Assembly (NCBI GenBank): GCA_963736115.1
Contig: CAVTNR010000009.1
Location: 128,001-192,000 of the forward strand
DNA length: 64,000 nt
Source: an uncultured bacterium
Lineage (GTDB): Bacteria; Zhuqueibacterota; QNDG01; DTFT01
Reading direction: 5' to 3'
Below, piece by piece: positions 1 through 8,266 of this stretch (the first letter of the stretch is position 1; each line of letters begins with the position of its first letter). The translations under genes and the position numbers were made by a program. The notes under the pieces were generated by a model. The model was not told the origin of the DNA. It saw only the letters and a list, made by a program, of their open reading frames with translations, and searched no databases.

Positions 1-50
1 CTGCCCCTGAAGAGGGACATGGAATCCGATCCGGCGCGGAAGCCGTCGAA

Positions 51-947
51 ATGACCGGCGCCTCCGGAAAGAACGGGAACCGGCCGTCCCGGTGCCTCCG
101 GGCGGCCGGGACGGCAGTGATACTCACCGCGCTTTTCGCCTGCTCCTGCGCCACGCTCCAGCAGATGGCCAATCTGCAGGCGCCGACGCTCTCGGTCAAG
201 GGAGTCCGGATGTCGGACCTGTCGTTCGATGCCGCCGATCTTGTGCTCGACGTGGCGGTCGCCAATCCGAATCCGGTCGCGGTCCCGCTTTCCGGCTTCG
301 ACTACGACCTCCAGGTCGAAACCCATTCGCTGTTCAAGGGGAACCAGGCCTCGAAGCAGACCATCGCCTCCGGCGGAACAAGCGTGGTTCAGATTCCCGT
401 GACTCTGAATTTCCGCGACCTCTACAACGCGGTCGCGGCGATGAAATCGAGGGACAGCGCATCCTATAAAATCGACTGCGGCCTGTCCTTCAACGTCCCG
501 ATTCTCGGCCTGGTCCGTGTTCCAGCCTCCTTTTCCGGCAGGCTGCCGGCGGTAAAGGTCCCGTCCGTGAAGATCCAGTCGCTGAAGGTGAAAAAGACGG
601 GATTGACCGGCGCGGACCTGGAACTCAGTCTGAACGTCTCCAATCCGAACGTTTTCTCGTTCGGCCTTCAGAAATTGGCGTATGATTTCAAGGTGAACGG
701 GCTGTCCTGGGCCGCGGGAACCGCGTCGGAAACCGCGTCCGTTTCGGCCAAGGGAAAGCAGACCGTCCGCATCCCGGTATCCCTGAATTTTCTGCAGATG
801 GGGCAGACGGTCGCGGGCCTGCTCTCCGGGAACAGCACGCTGGACTGCGGTCTGACCGGATCGCTGGACGTGGCTACGTCCATCCCGGAATTCGGAAAGG
901 CGTCCGTGCCGCTGGAGCTGGCGGAGAGGATCAAGCTGACGAGGTGA
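51..947 (+). CDS. LEA type 2 (WHy) domain lipoprotein, two tandem LEA_2 domains
   Basis: Signal peptide with lipobox-like Cys (ALFACSC); two repeats of the L-x-V-x-NPN...Y-D-[LF]-x-V...V-x-IPV-x-L LEA_2 pattern. Confidence 0.85.
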   Translation: MTGASGKNGNRPSRCLRAAGTAVILTALFACSCATLQQMANLQAPTLSVKGVRMSDLSFDAADLVLDVAVANPNPVAVPLSGFDYDLQVETHSLFKGNQASKQTIASGGTSVVQIPVTLNFRDLYNAVAAMKSRDSASYKIDCGLSFNVPILGLVRVPASFSGRLPAVKVPSVKIQSLKVKKTGLTGADLELSLNVSNPNVFSFGLQKLAYDFKVNGLSWAAGTASETASVSAKGKQTVRIPVSLNFLQMGQTVAGLLSGNSTLDCGLTGSLDVATSIPEFGKASVPLELAERIKLTR

Positions 948-956
948 GAAGCGAAG

Positions 957-1055
957 AAGTTCATGGTTCATAGTTCATGGTTCATAGCAAAAAGAGAATC
1001 GAAAAATCGATTCTCTTTTTCTTTCTTTGAACTATGAACCATGAACTATGAACTT
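957..1055. repeat. Inverted pair of 7-bp tandem arrays: GTTCAT[AG] x4 and TGAAC[TC]A x4
   Basis: 959-986 GTTCATG GTTCATA GTTCATG GTTCATA; 1028-1055 TGAACTA TGAACCA TGAACTA TGAACTT; same unit recurs at 61311-61409. Confidence 0.95.
989..1020. terminator. Bidirectional intrinsic terminator-like hairpin between convergent genes
   Basis: Perfect 14-bp stem AAAAAGAGAATCGA-AAAA-TCGATTCTCTTTTT with A/T tracts on both sides. Confidence 0.7.
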
Positions 1056-1059
1056 GTTT

Positions 1060-2100
1060 TCACTTCCCCACATTGAACCTGAACTCCACGACATCGCCGT
1101 CCTGCATCACGTACTCCTTGCCCTCCAGCCGCACCTGGCCCTTTTTCCTCGCCTCGGCGTGCGAACCGGCCGCGGTCAAATCCGTATAAGAAACGACTTC
1201 GGCGCGGATGAATCCCTTCTTGATGTCCGAATGAATGGCCTCGGCCGCATCCACGGCTTTGGTGCCGATCCGGATGGTCCAGGCCCGCACCTCGTCCTCG
1301 CCCACGGTGAAGAAAGACATGAGGCCCAGGAGGGAATAGGATTCGCGGATCACCACGGTCATGGCCGATTCCATGATCCCGTACTCCGCCAGAAATTCCT
1401 TCGCATCCGCCTCGGGCATCTGGATCAGCTCCCGCTCCACCTTCCCCCGGATGACCAGGCCGCGCTCGCCTGTCGCGGACTCGAAATCAGCGGCTGAGCA
1501 ATCCCCCTGATCGGCCGAGTTCAGAATCGCCAGAACCGGTTTTGCCGAAAGGAAGGTGAATCCGCGGAGGAGCGGCGCGGAAGCCAGATGCGGATGCTTC
1601 CGGAGGGGTTGTCCCGCGTCCAATATGGCCTTGCATTCCTTCACCAGGTCATACTCGGACGTATCGATCTTCCGGTTCTTCTTCAGGTCCGCATCGAGCC
1701 GCTCCAGCCGCTTGTCCGCCACGACCAGGTCGGCGAAAATCAGCTCCTCATCGAGCTTCCGGAAGTCGGCGGCCGGATCAGGCGGGCCGAAACCGCCGCT
1801 CTCGAAATTCCGCGCCACGTGGATCAGCGCATCGGAATCGCGCACCTTGTTCCACACGGACTGCTCGCGGTTCTTTTCGTCCTGTGACACGCCGCGGCCG
1901 GGGAGAAAGTAGTCGATGACGGCATAGGTGGTTTTCTTCGGCTGGTACATGCCGCTCAGCGTGTCGATTCGGCCGTCCGGAACGCGCACCGAGGCCATGC
2001 GGTTCTCCATTCTGGATTCCGCGGCGGACGCTGTTTTCGTCAGCGCTTCGAAGAGCGTGTTCTTCCCGCACATCGACAGGCCGATGATGCCAAGCTTCAC
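1060..2100 (-). CDS. ychF: YchF/OLA1-family ATPase-like protein (DUF933/TGS C-terminus), degenerate G1/G3 motifs
   Basis: VPDGRIDTLSGMYQPKKTT, FFTVGEDEVRAWTI, IHSDIKKGFIRAEVV, RLEGKEYVMQDGDVVEFRFNV; GTG start with AGGAGG RBS. Confidence 0.85.
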   Translation of the reverse strand: MKLGIIGLSMCGKNTLFEALTKTASAAESRMENRMASVRVPDGRIDTLSGMYQPKKTTYAVIDYFLPGRGVSQDEKNREQSVWNKVRDSDALIHVARNFESGGFGPPDPAADFRKLDEELIFADLVVADKRLERLDADLKKNRKIDTSEYDLVKECKAILDAGQPLRKHPHLASAPLLRGFTFLSAKPVLAILNSADQGDCSAADFESATGERGLVIRGKVERELIQMPEADAKEFLAEYGIMESAMTVVIRESYSLLGLMSFFTVGEDEVRAWTIRIGTKAVDAAEAIHSDIKKGFIRAEVVSYTDLTAAGSHAEARKKGQVRLEGKEYVMQDGDVVEFRFNVGK

Positions 2101-2114
2101 AATGCCTCCTTAGA

Positions 2115-2197
2115 AGTTCCGAGTTCCGGGTTCCGGGTTCCGAGTTCCAAATTCCGAATTCCGTGTTCCGGGTTGGGACGATTTTATAACCCGGAAC
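2115..2197. repeat. 7-bp tandem array (NNTTCCG x8) with a short inverted arm overlapping the end of the upstream CDS
   Basis: AGTTCCG AGTTCCG GGTTCCG GGTTCCG AGTTCCA AATTCCG AATTCCG TGTTCCG; GTTCCGGGTT (2165-2174) is the reverse complement of AACCCGGAAC (2188-2197). Confidence 0.9.
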
Positions 2198-3191
2198 CGT
2201 TTCCTTTCGGGAAAGCCGCTTCGTATGCCGCGATCATGCGGTCCAGCGTCCGCTCGTAAACAGGATCCGTTTCCCGGCGTTTCGGGTCCGCGTCGTACCA
2301 GGCGAGAATCTCCTCCGCGCCCCGGGAGAAGGGGATCGACGGCCTGAAATCGGGAACGATACGCCGTATCTTCGAATTGTCGAAAATCATGCTGTGCGTT
2401 TTGTCCCCGAGCAGGCTGTCGCCCCAGTCCGGAAAGTATGCGGCAATGAGTTCCGAGGGAATGTGCGTGATTTTCGGCTCAGCGCCGGCCGCGCGCCCGA
2501 GAATGCCCATGATCTGGTTCCAGGTCAGGGATTCGTCCGAAGTGATGTGAAACGCCTCGCCCAGGGACTGCGGGTTCCCCAGCAGGCCGATCAGGCCGAC
2601 CGCGAAATCCGCGTGGTGCGTGAGCGTCCAGAGAGAGGAACCGTCGCCGTGCACCACGACCTTTTTACCCCGGCGCATGCGGTCGATATCCGCGTAACGG
2701 CCGTGCGTAGGCAGAAGGGTTCGATCATAGGTGTGGGACGGCCGCACGAGGGTGACCGGGAACCGCTCGTCCCGGTGCGCTTTATTGAAGATCTCCTCGC
2801 ACGCGATCTTGTCCCGCGAATAGGCCCAGACCGGATTGACCAGGGGCGTGGATTCCGTCACCGGCAGATGCGACGGCGGCGTCTGGTACGCGGAAGCGGA
2901 GCTGATGAACACGAACTGTCCGGTCTTTCCGGCGAACAGCCGCAGGTCGGTTTCTGCGTGGCCGGGCGTAAAGCAGACCCAGTCCACCACGGCATCGAAA
3001 GTCCGGCCGTTGATCGCGGATTCGACGGACGCGGGATCCCGGATGTCCGCCCGCACCGTCTCCACTCCGGCCGGGACCGGGCGGCCGGCCTGACCCCGGG
3101 TGAGAAGGGTCAGACGCATGCCGCGTTCCGCAGCCAGTGCCGTGCTGGCCGAGCTGATAATGCCCGTTCCGCCGATGAACAGGACCTTCAT
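2184..3191 (-). CDS. NAD-dependent epimerase/dehydratase (atypical SDR)
   Basis: N-terminal GGTGIIS Rossmann motif, FISSASAY, YSRDK (YxxxK). Confidence 0.9.
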   Translation of the reverse strand: MKVLFIGGTGIISSASTALAAERGMRLTLLTRGQAGRPVPAGVETVRADIRDPASVESAINGRTFDAVVDWVCFTPGHAETDLRLFAGKTGQFVFISSASAYQTPPSHLPVTESTPLVNPVWAYSRDKIACEEIFNKAHRDERFPVTLVRPSHTYDRTLLPTHGRYADIDRMRRGKKVVVHGDGSSLWTLTHHADFAVGLIGLLGNPQSLGEAFHITSDESLTWNQIMGILGRAAGAEPKITHIPSELIAAYFPDWGDSLLGDKTHSMIFDNSKIRRIVPDFRPSIPFSRGAEEILAWYDADPKRRETDPVYERTLDRMIAAYEAAFPKGNGSGL

Positions 3192-3221
3192 GGCATTCCC
3201 TTTCGGATGAAAGCAAGGATT

Positions 3222-3249
3222 AATATAAGAACTTTTACAGGTTTGTCAA
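3222..3249 (-). promoter_or_regulatory. sigma70-type promoter for the epimerase-ychF unit
   Basis: TTGACA-16 nt-TATATT, 30 nt upstream of the ATG. Confidence 0.7.
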
Positions 3250-3364
3250 CCTAAAAGACCGAACGGAGAAAAACGACCGCCGCAATAAAGGGGATCCCAA
3301 CTCGGGAAAGCATTCCCGGGTCCGGATCCCCCATAACCGACCGGATGAAACCAAATCCGCGGAA

Positions 3365-3616
3365 TTAGAAAATCATGCGGATCACGATGAGCAGAATCAC
3401 CGCGCCGAGCACCATGAATCCGAAACTTTTCCAGTCCAGCTTGCCCTGGGTAACCGGCTTTCCGACTTTTTTACTGATCCATCCACCCAGCAGGGATCCG
3501 AGTATGCCCACAATCAAAGTGCCGAACCATCCGATGGGGTCCACTCCGGGAAGGAGAATGCGGGCGACCACTCCGACCAGCAGACCGATGCCGATGATGT
3601 ACAGCGCGTTTTTCAT
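3365..3616 (-). CDS. GlsB/YeaQ/YmgE (transglycosylase-associated) small membrane protein
   Basis: 83 aa, three TM segments, IGLLVGVVARILLPG...GILGSLLGG...GAVILL; GAGGAAGAG RBS. Confidence 0.9.
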   Translation of the reverse strand: MKNALYIIGIGLLVGVVARILLPGVDPIGWFGTLIVGILGSLLGGWISKKVGKPVTQGKLDWKSFGFMVLGAVILLIVIRMIF

Positions 3617-3704
3617 CTCTTCCTCCTCTTGGATCAGGGTTCATCCGTCATGATGGGAGCCACGCGGACAGGGACCGCGGCTTGCGTGACCCCAATCCTT
3701 CTGA

Positions 3705-3733
3705 AATATAGCCTTTGCGGGTCCGTGAATCAA
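3705..3733 (-). promoter_or_regulatory. sigma70-type promoter upstream of the GlsB-family gene
   Basis: TTGATT-17 nt-TATATT. Confidence 0.6.
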
Positions 3734-3838
3734 GTTGGTTTTAAAATCCCCGGATGCTGGAACGAATGCCGGTTCAGTCAGGAGACACGCTCCATCCACC
3801 GGAAACCAGGCGCACGGGGGACGGCTTCTTTATTCCCC

Positions 3839-4579
3839 TCATCCTTCCCCGGTCAGTGCAAAGGTCTGGGCGAGCAGGGCCAGGGCCGCGGTCTCGGCCC
3901 GCAGGCGCCTCGGGCCCAGGGACACGATCGCGAATCCCGCGCGCCTGAACGCTTCGATTTCGCCCGGAAAAAATCCGCCCTCAGGCCCCGTGACCAGAAA
4001 GCTCCGCCGGACAGGAGACGGAACGACGCGGACCGCGTCCCGCAGGGATACGCAATCCGGACCCGCGTGCGCGGCGATGCGAAGCTCGTGGTTCGCCGCC
4101 CAACGGACAACCGCTTCCAGCTGAACCGCTTCCTCGATCTCCGGCCTCACACAGCGTCCGCTCTGTTTCATCGCGGCGAGCGCGATTTTGCGCCAGCGCT
4201 CCGTTTTGGCCGCGGACGGGCTTCCGACAGCCGACCCCTGGGAGAGAAAGGGAACGATGCGGGAAACACCGAGTTCCACCGCTTTTTCCACGAGCCAGTC
4301 GAACCGGTCGCCTTTCAGGACCCCGGCCGCGAGCGTGACGGCCGACACAGGCTCGCCTGCTCCCCGTTCGGACCGGAGTACGCGGCCCGTCACTTCGCGG
4401 CGGCCCACGGAAACGAGCGCGACTTCATATGCCGTTCCTGCGCCGTCCGCGGCCCATACCGTGTCCCCCGTCCGATGCCTCAGGACCACGGCGATGTGCT
4501 TCGACTCGTCCGGCGGAAAGCGGATCTCATCCCCTGCGATTCCCTCAGGGGGGACATAGAAGAACTCGATATGCGGCAT
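3839..4579 (-). CDS. rsmE: 16S rRNA m3U1498 methyltransferase RsmE
   Basis: HIAVVLR, EKAVELGV, AMKQSGR, GPEGGF, LGPRRLRAETA. Confidence 0.95.
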   Translation of the reverse strand: MPHIEFFYVPPEGIAGDEIRFPPDESKHIAVVLRHRTGDTVWAADGAGTAYEVALVSVGRREVTGRVLRSERGAGEPVSAVTLAAGVLKGDRFDWLVEKAVELGVSRIVPFLSQGSAVGSPSAAKTERWRKIALAAMKQSGRCVRPEIEEAVQLEAVVRWAANHELRIAAHAGPDCVSLRDAVRVVPSPVRRSFLVTGPEGGFFPGEIEAFRRAGFAIVSLGPRRLRAETAALALLAQTFALTGEG

Positions 4580-4634
4580 ATGGTTTTTCCCCGACCCTTC
4601 AGTCAGCCTGAAAGAGACAGCGATGATCGGTTTC

Positions 4635-5933
4635 TTAAAACTTCACACCGGACGAAGACGTCGCGAAAACGCCTCCGTCCGCGCGCACGCCCCACTCGGC
4701 CCGAAGAACAATGGTATCCCAGATGAAGTGAAAGCCGGCTCCGGCCGCGCCCGCGTTCGGCGCGAGACTGCGGGATTTTTCCGAGAAACGGATCGAGGCG
4801 CAGTCCGCGAAAAAAACGCCGAAAACGCCCGCGCTCCGTGCGCCGAGCACGTCGGGCTCCAACAGAACGGGGAATCGCAGTTCCGTCCCGAACGCCAGCA
4901 GCCGGTCGCCCGCGAGAATACCGCTGTCGTACCCGCGAAGCGTGCTCGATCCGCCCCAGTGGAGACGCTTGACCACGGGTACGCATCCGTCCAGAAACTG
5001 ACCCGCGGCCTGCACGGCAAAACGCGCTCCCGCGGCCGCGGGCGCATAGGCCCGGCAGTCGAAATACGAGCGGCCGAAATGCCTGCCGGATCCGGACTCC
5101 TCCGTCCATTGCCTTCCCGCTTCCACGAACAGGCCGGACAGGGGATACTCGGGTTTGTCCCGGTCATCCCAGCGGAAGAAACATTCGTCTGAAACGAACC
5201 GGTCCTTCCTGCCTCCGGAAATAAGGGCTGACGGATCGCCGGCTTCCGCGATTTCCCAGGTCCTGCGGACGCCGATGCGAAAAGCGCGTCCGAAACCGCG
5301 GCCCAGCGCGGCAGAGGCCGCGTTCGAGACCACGCGGAAAACCGGCCTGTAATCCGGATACCGGTAGGGGAAGGAGGCATGCGTTGCTTCGATCTCCGCG
5401 AACAGCCGGAGAGGGCCGCCGAACCAGGGATCGGCCCAGGAAATCCCGGCTTTGTCCAGACCGCCCGTCCTGAAACCGGCCCTGAGCCTCTGATTCCGCC
5501 CGAACAGATTGGACCGGACCATGGACAGACCCGCGGTCCACCCGAAAAGACCGTCGTAGGATAAAGACGGATCGAGCGACCACCGTCCCTTCTCCTTCAG
5601 CAGGACGGCCAGGCGCGGGACCGGCCCGGTTGAATCCCGGACCGATACCACCACCGCGGTCCGAAAGGGACCGATGCGTTCCAGCCGGTCCGCCATTTTT
5701 TTAAGCCAGGTGTCGGAGGGAATACCGGAAGGGATATCCGTCATTTCACGGAGCACGATGAAACCGGCCGTGTGGCTGTTTCCATACAGAAAAACAGCCG
5801 GTCCGGATGGATCGGCTCCGCCTGCATCCCCGGCCCATGAACCGCCCGAAGCCGCAAGCATGCAAACCAGCACGAAAACCGACCCCGAACAGAACGGGTC
5901 GAAACGACGAACATCAAAACCGGCGCGGGTCAC
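4635..5933 (-). CDS. BamA/TamA (Omp85)-family outer membrane protein
   Basis: POTRA-like start (GNSHTAGFIVLREM), NLFGRNQRL, GGSSTLRGY, ELRFP, C-terminal Phe; GTG start overlaps upstream TGA. Confidence 0.8.
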   Translation of the reverse strand: MTRAGFDVRRFDPFCSGSVFVLVCMLAASGGSWAGDAGGADPSGPAVFLYGNSHTAGFIVLREMTDIPSGIPSDTWLKKMADRLERIGPFRTAVVVSVRDSTGPVPRLAVLLKEKGRWSLDPSLSYDGLFGWTAGLSMVRSNLFGRNQRLRAGFRTGGLDKAGISWADPWFGGPLRLFAEIEATHASFPYRYPDYRPVFRVVSNAASAALGRGFGRAFRIGVRRTWEIAEAGDPSALISGGRKDRFVSDECFFRWDDRDKPEYPLSGLFVEAGRQWTEESGSGRHFGRSYFDCRAYAPAAAGARFAVQAAGQFLDGCVPVVKRLHWGGSSTLRGYDSGILAGDRLLAFGTELRFPVLLEPDVLGARSAGVFGVFFADCASIRFSEKSRSLAPNAGAAGAGFHFIWDTIVLRAEWGVRADGGVFATSSSGVKF

Positions 5934-7402
5934 CTGTCCCCGCCCCCGCTGACGAGCAGAACACAGGATGGCTCCGGAGGCCCATCCGGATAGCACAGCA
6001 CGAGATCGGAACAGCCGTCACAGTTCAGGTCCGCAATCCGGACATGATCCGTTTTCGGAAACCGGAGGCGCACGGTCCGTCGGACATCCATCGGCCCCTT
6101 GGATCCGGCCGGTATGAGCCGCAATTCGTCTTCAGAAGCCCACAGCCCCACATCATCCTTTCCGTCCCCGTCGAAATCTCCGGCAAACGGGCGGGTGACC
6201 AGAGGCTCCGCGAAAAGAGCGGACAGGGTCCTGTTGAACGCAACGGTCACGGATCGGTCGGGTTTCGGAAGAAACCGGCCGTCCGGCGGGCAGTAGTGGA
6301 AATCAAAACGGTTCCGCACGCGCCGCGTCATGCCGTACCGGATAATGTCCGCCGTGCTTGATTCGAGGGAGACGAGGCACAGATCCGGACGTCCGTCCCC
6401 GTTGAAATCCGCGACCGCCCGGTCCCCGAAGAAACGGTTCCGCACCAGCACCTGATCCGGCGCGGAGTCCCAACCGGATTTCCGGTTGAGGTGCAGGCGC
6501 GCCCATCCCGGAGGCGTCAGCAGCCCGGCGGCCGGGGCTTCGATGACCAGCACGTCCGTGAGTCCGTCCGCGTCGAAGTCCCTGAATTCATAATCCCTGT
6601 TGCGAGAACGAGGGGCCGGATCTCCGCCCCATCCGGATTCGAATGCGGGCGCGGGGTCGCTTCGGACAAAGGCGCCGTCACGGAAGAGCAGCACAGCGTC
6701 GCCGTCGAGCGCCAGGGCCGCGTCTCCGGTCCCGTCCGCGTCCCAATCGCAGGGAACGGGGACCGGAAGGCTGAAAGAAAAAGCAGGCGCTCCGGATCGG
6801 ATCGTGGAGCGGAAAAGGTGGAAACCGCCCGGGATCCCGCCGGAGTCCGCGGATCCGGGCCGCATGGGACTGAATAGACGGATACCGTTTTCCGCGGGGA
6901 TCAGGAAAACCGGGTCTTCGGGTCCGGAAAGCGTGGAGGCAAAGGGCCATGCCTCGGGTCTGTCCGCCGCGGTTCCGGGAAATACGGTGCGCACCGAAAA
7001 AACGGGTTCCGCAGAAAACCCGGACCGTTCCGGTTCCGGAAAACGCATGGAACGGACTTCGGACGGAGTCAGTATCCAGACCGATGACCCGCGGCCTCCC
7101 GGCCCGGATACCCGATCGAACAAAACCGCGTCCGCGGGTAAAAACATGGATGAATCCGGAATGGAAGCGAAAGAACCGTGCCGATTCCGGAAAAACACCA
7201 GAGTTCCGGCCGGGTCACCGGGGCCGCGCCATGCCGCGGTCAGGTCGGTCCATCCGTCCCCGTCCGCGTCCGCCAGAACCGGAAGGGACGCGGGGCCGCC
7301 GAACCGGAGCACGAGGGAGCGGAAGGACATCGGTGACCGGCCGGCCGAAGGAGCGGCAAGCAGAAAAAGCAGGAAAGCGACGCCATGCCGCAAGCTTTTC
7401 AT
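5930..7402 (-). CDS. Secreted FG-GAP/VCBS repeat protein
   Basis: Signal peptide; repeated DxDGDGxxD motifs (DADGDGWTD, DWDADGTGD, DFDADGLTD, DFNGDGRPD, DFDGDGKDD, DLNCDGCSD); ATGA overlap. Confidence 0.85.
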   Translation of the reverse strand: MKSLRHGVAFLLFLLAAPSAGRSPMSFRSLVLRFGGPASLPVLADADGDGWTDLTAAWRGPGDPAGTLVFFRNRHGSFASIPDSSMFLPADAVLFDRVSGPGGRGSSVWILTPSEVRSMRFPEPERSGFSAEPVFSVRTVFPGTAADRPEAWPFASTLSGPEDPVFLIPAENGIRLFSPMRPGSADSGGIPGGFHLFRSTIRSGAPAFSFSLPVPVPCDWDADGTGDAALALDGDAVLLFRDGAFVRSDPAPAFESGWGGDPAPRSRNRDYEFRDFDADGLTDVLVIEAPAAGLLTPPGWARLHLNRKSGWDSAPDQVLVRNRFFGDRAVADFNGDGRPDLCLVSLESSTADIIRYGMTRRVRNRFDFHYCPPDGRFLPKPDRSVTVAFNRTLSALFAEPLVTRPFAGDFDGDGKDDVGLWASEDELRLIPAGSKGPMDVRRTVRLRFPKTDHVRIADLNCDGCSDLVLCYPDGPPEPSCVLLVSGGGDR

Positions 7403-8266
7403 GAACGATGCCGCGGTTGGAATGGACCGTAAAGTGTGTGTGTCATGGATCCCGCCGGATCGGAAGGATCGAACCACACCGCGGACAACCGGCCGCCGGT
7501 CTGTCCCGGATTGACGGACAGGGTTTTACCGATGGTTTGCGCCCACGCGCCTGAGGCATCCGCGGATTCATGGATGTGGCCGTGCAGGGACAGCAGGGGA
7601 TTCTCCCGCATCAGAAAATCACGCACCGCGCGGCTTCCGGCCGGCCTTCCGTCCGCCAGCCGGTCCAGAACCGTTCCGAAAGGCGGCCCGTGCATGACGC
7701 AAACCGTTTTTCCGCTTTCCTCCCCCAGAGTCCAGGCCGCAAGGTCGTCTTCGATTGCCGGCCGTCCCGCGAAGAAGGAAGCTGAGTCGGTTTCCCCGAC
7801 GCGTCCGTCCACAGTCGTCACAATGCGGCCCGGGGAAGAAGGCGGCGCATCCCGCGAAAGATCGCGTTTTTCAAAATCCTTGAGCAGAAAAGGCGTCGGG
7901 GGAACGAAGGAATAACCGCGCAGAAGGAACCCGCCGGACGCGGGAACAGTCCGGTCCCGCGGTATCAGAATCAGGCCGTCGGGCTCCAATCCGATGAGGG
8001 ACGGCAATGCGCCCATCCAGTCGTCATTACCCGGAATGGCGTACAGACGGGCGCCGGCTTTGTCGCGAATCCGGACCGCGAAATCCCGCAGAAATGATTG
8101 CGCAAATCCGGCCTGCATGTTCAAGACCGGTCGGCCCGCGACCTTTCCTCGGGAGCAGGTCGCCCCCCAGTATCACGGTGTCGCAATGCCTCGATTCGGC
8201 CAGACCGGCCAGCTCCAGGAACAGGGTCTCGTGACCGTGCAGGTCCGAGGCATAGCACCAGGTCAT
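7399..8266 (-). pseudogene. Icc-like metallophosphoesterase split by a +1 frameshift near 8125-8150 (possibly an assembly error)
   Basis: SDLHG and GGDLL are in ORF 8027..8266; PGNDD, HGPP and HGHIHE are in ORF 7399..8124; ATGA coupling at both ends. Confidence 0.8.
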
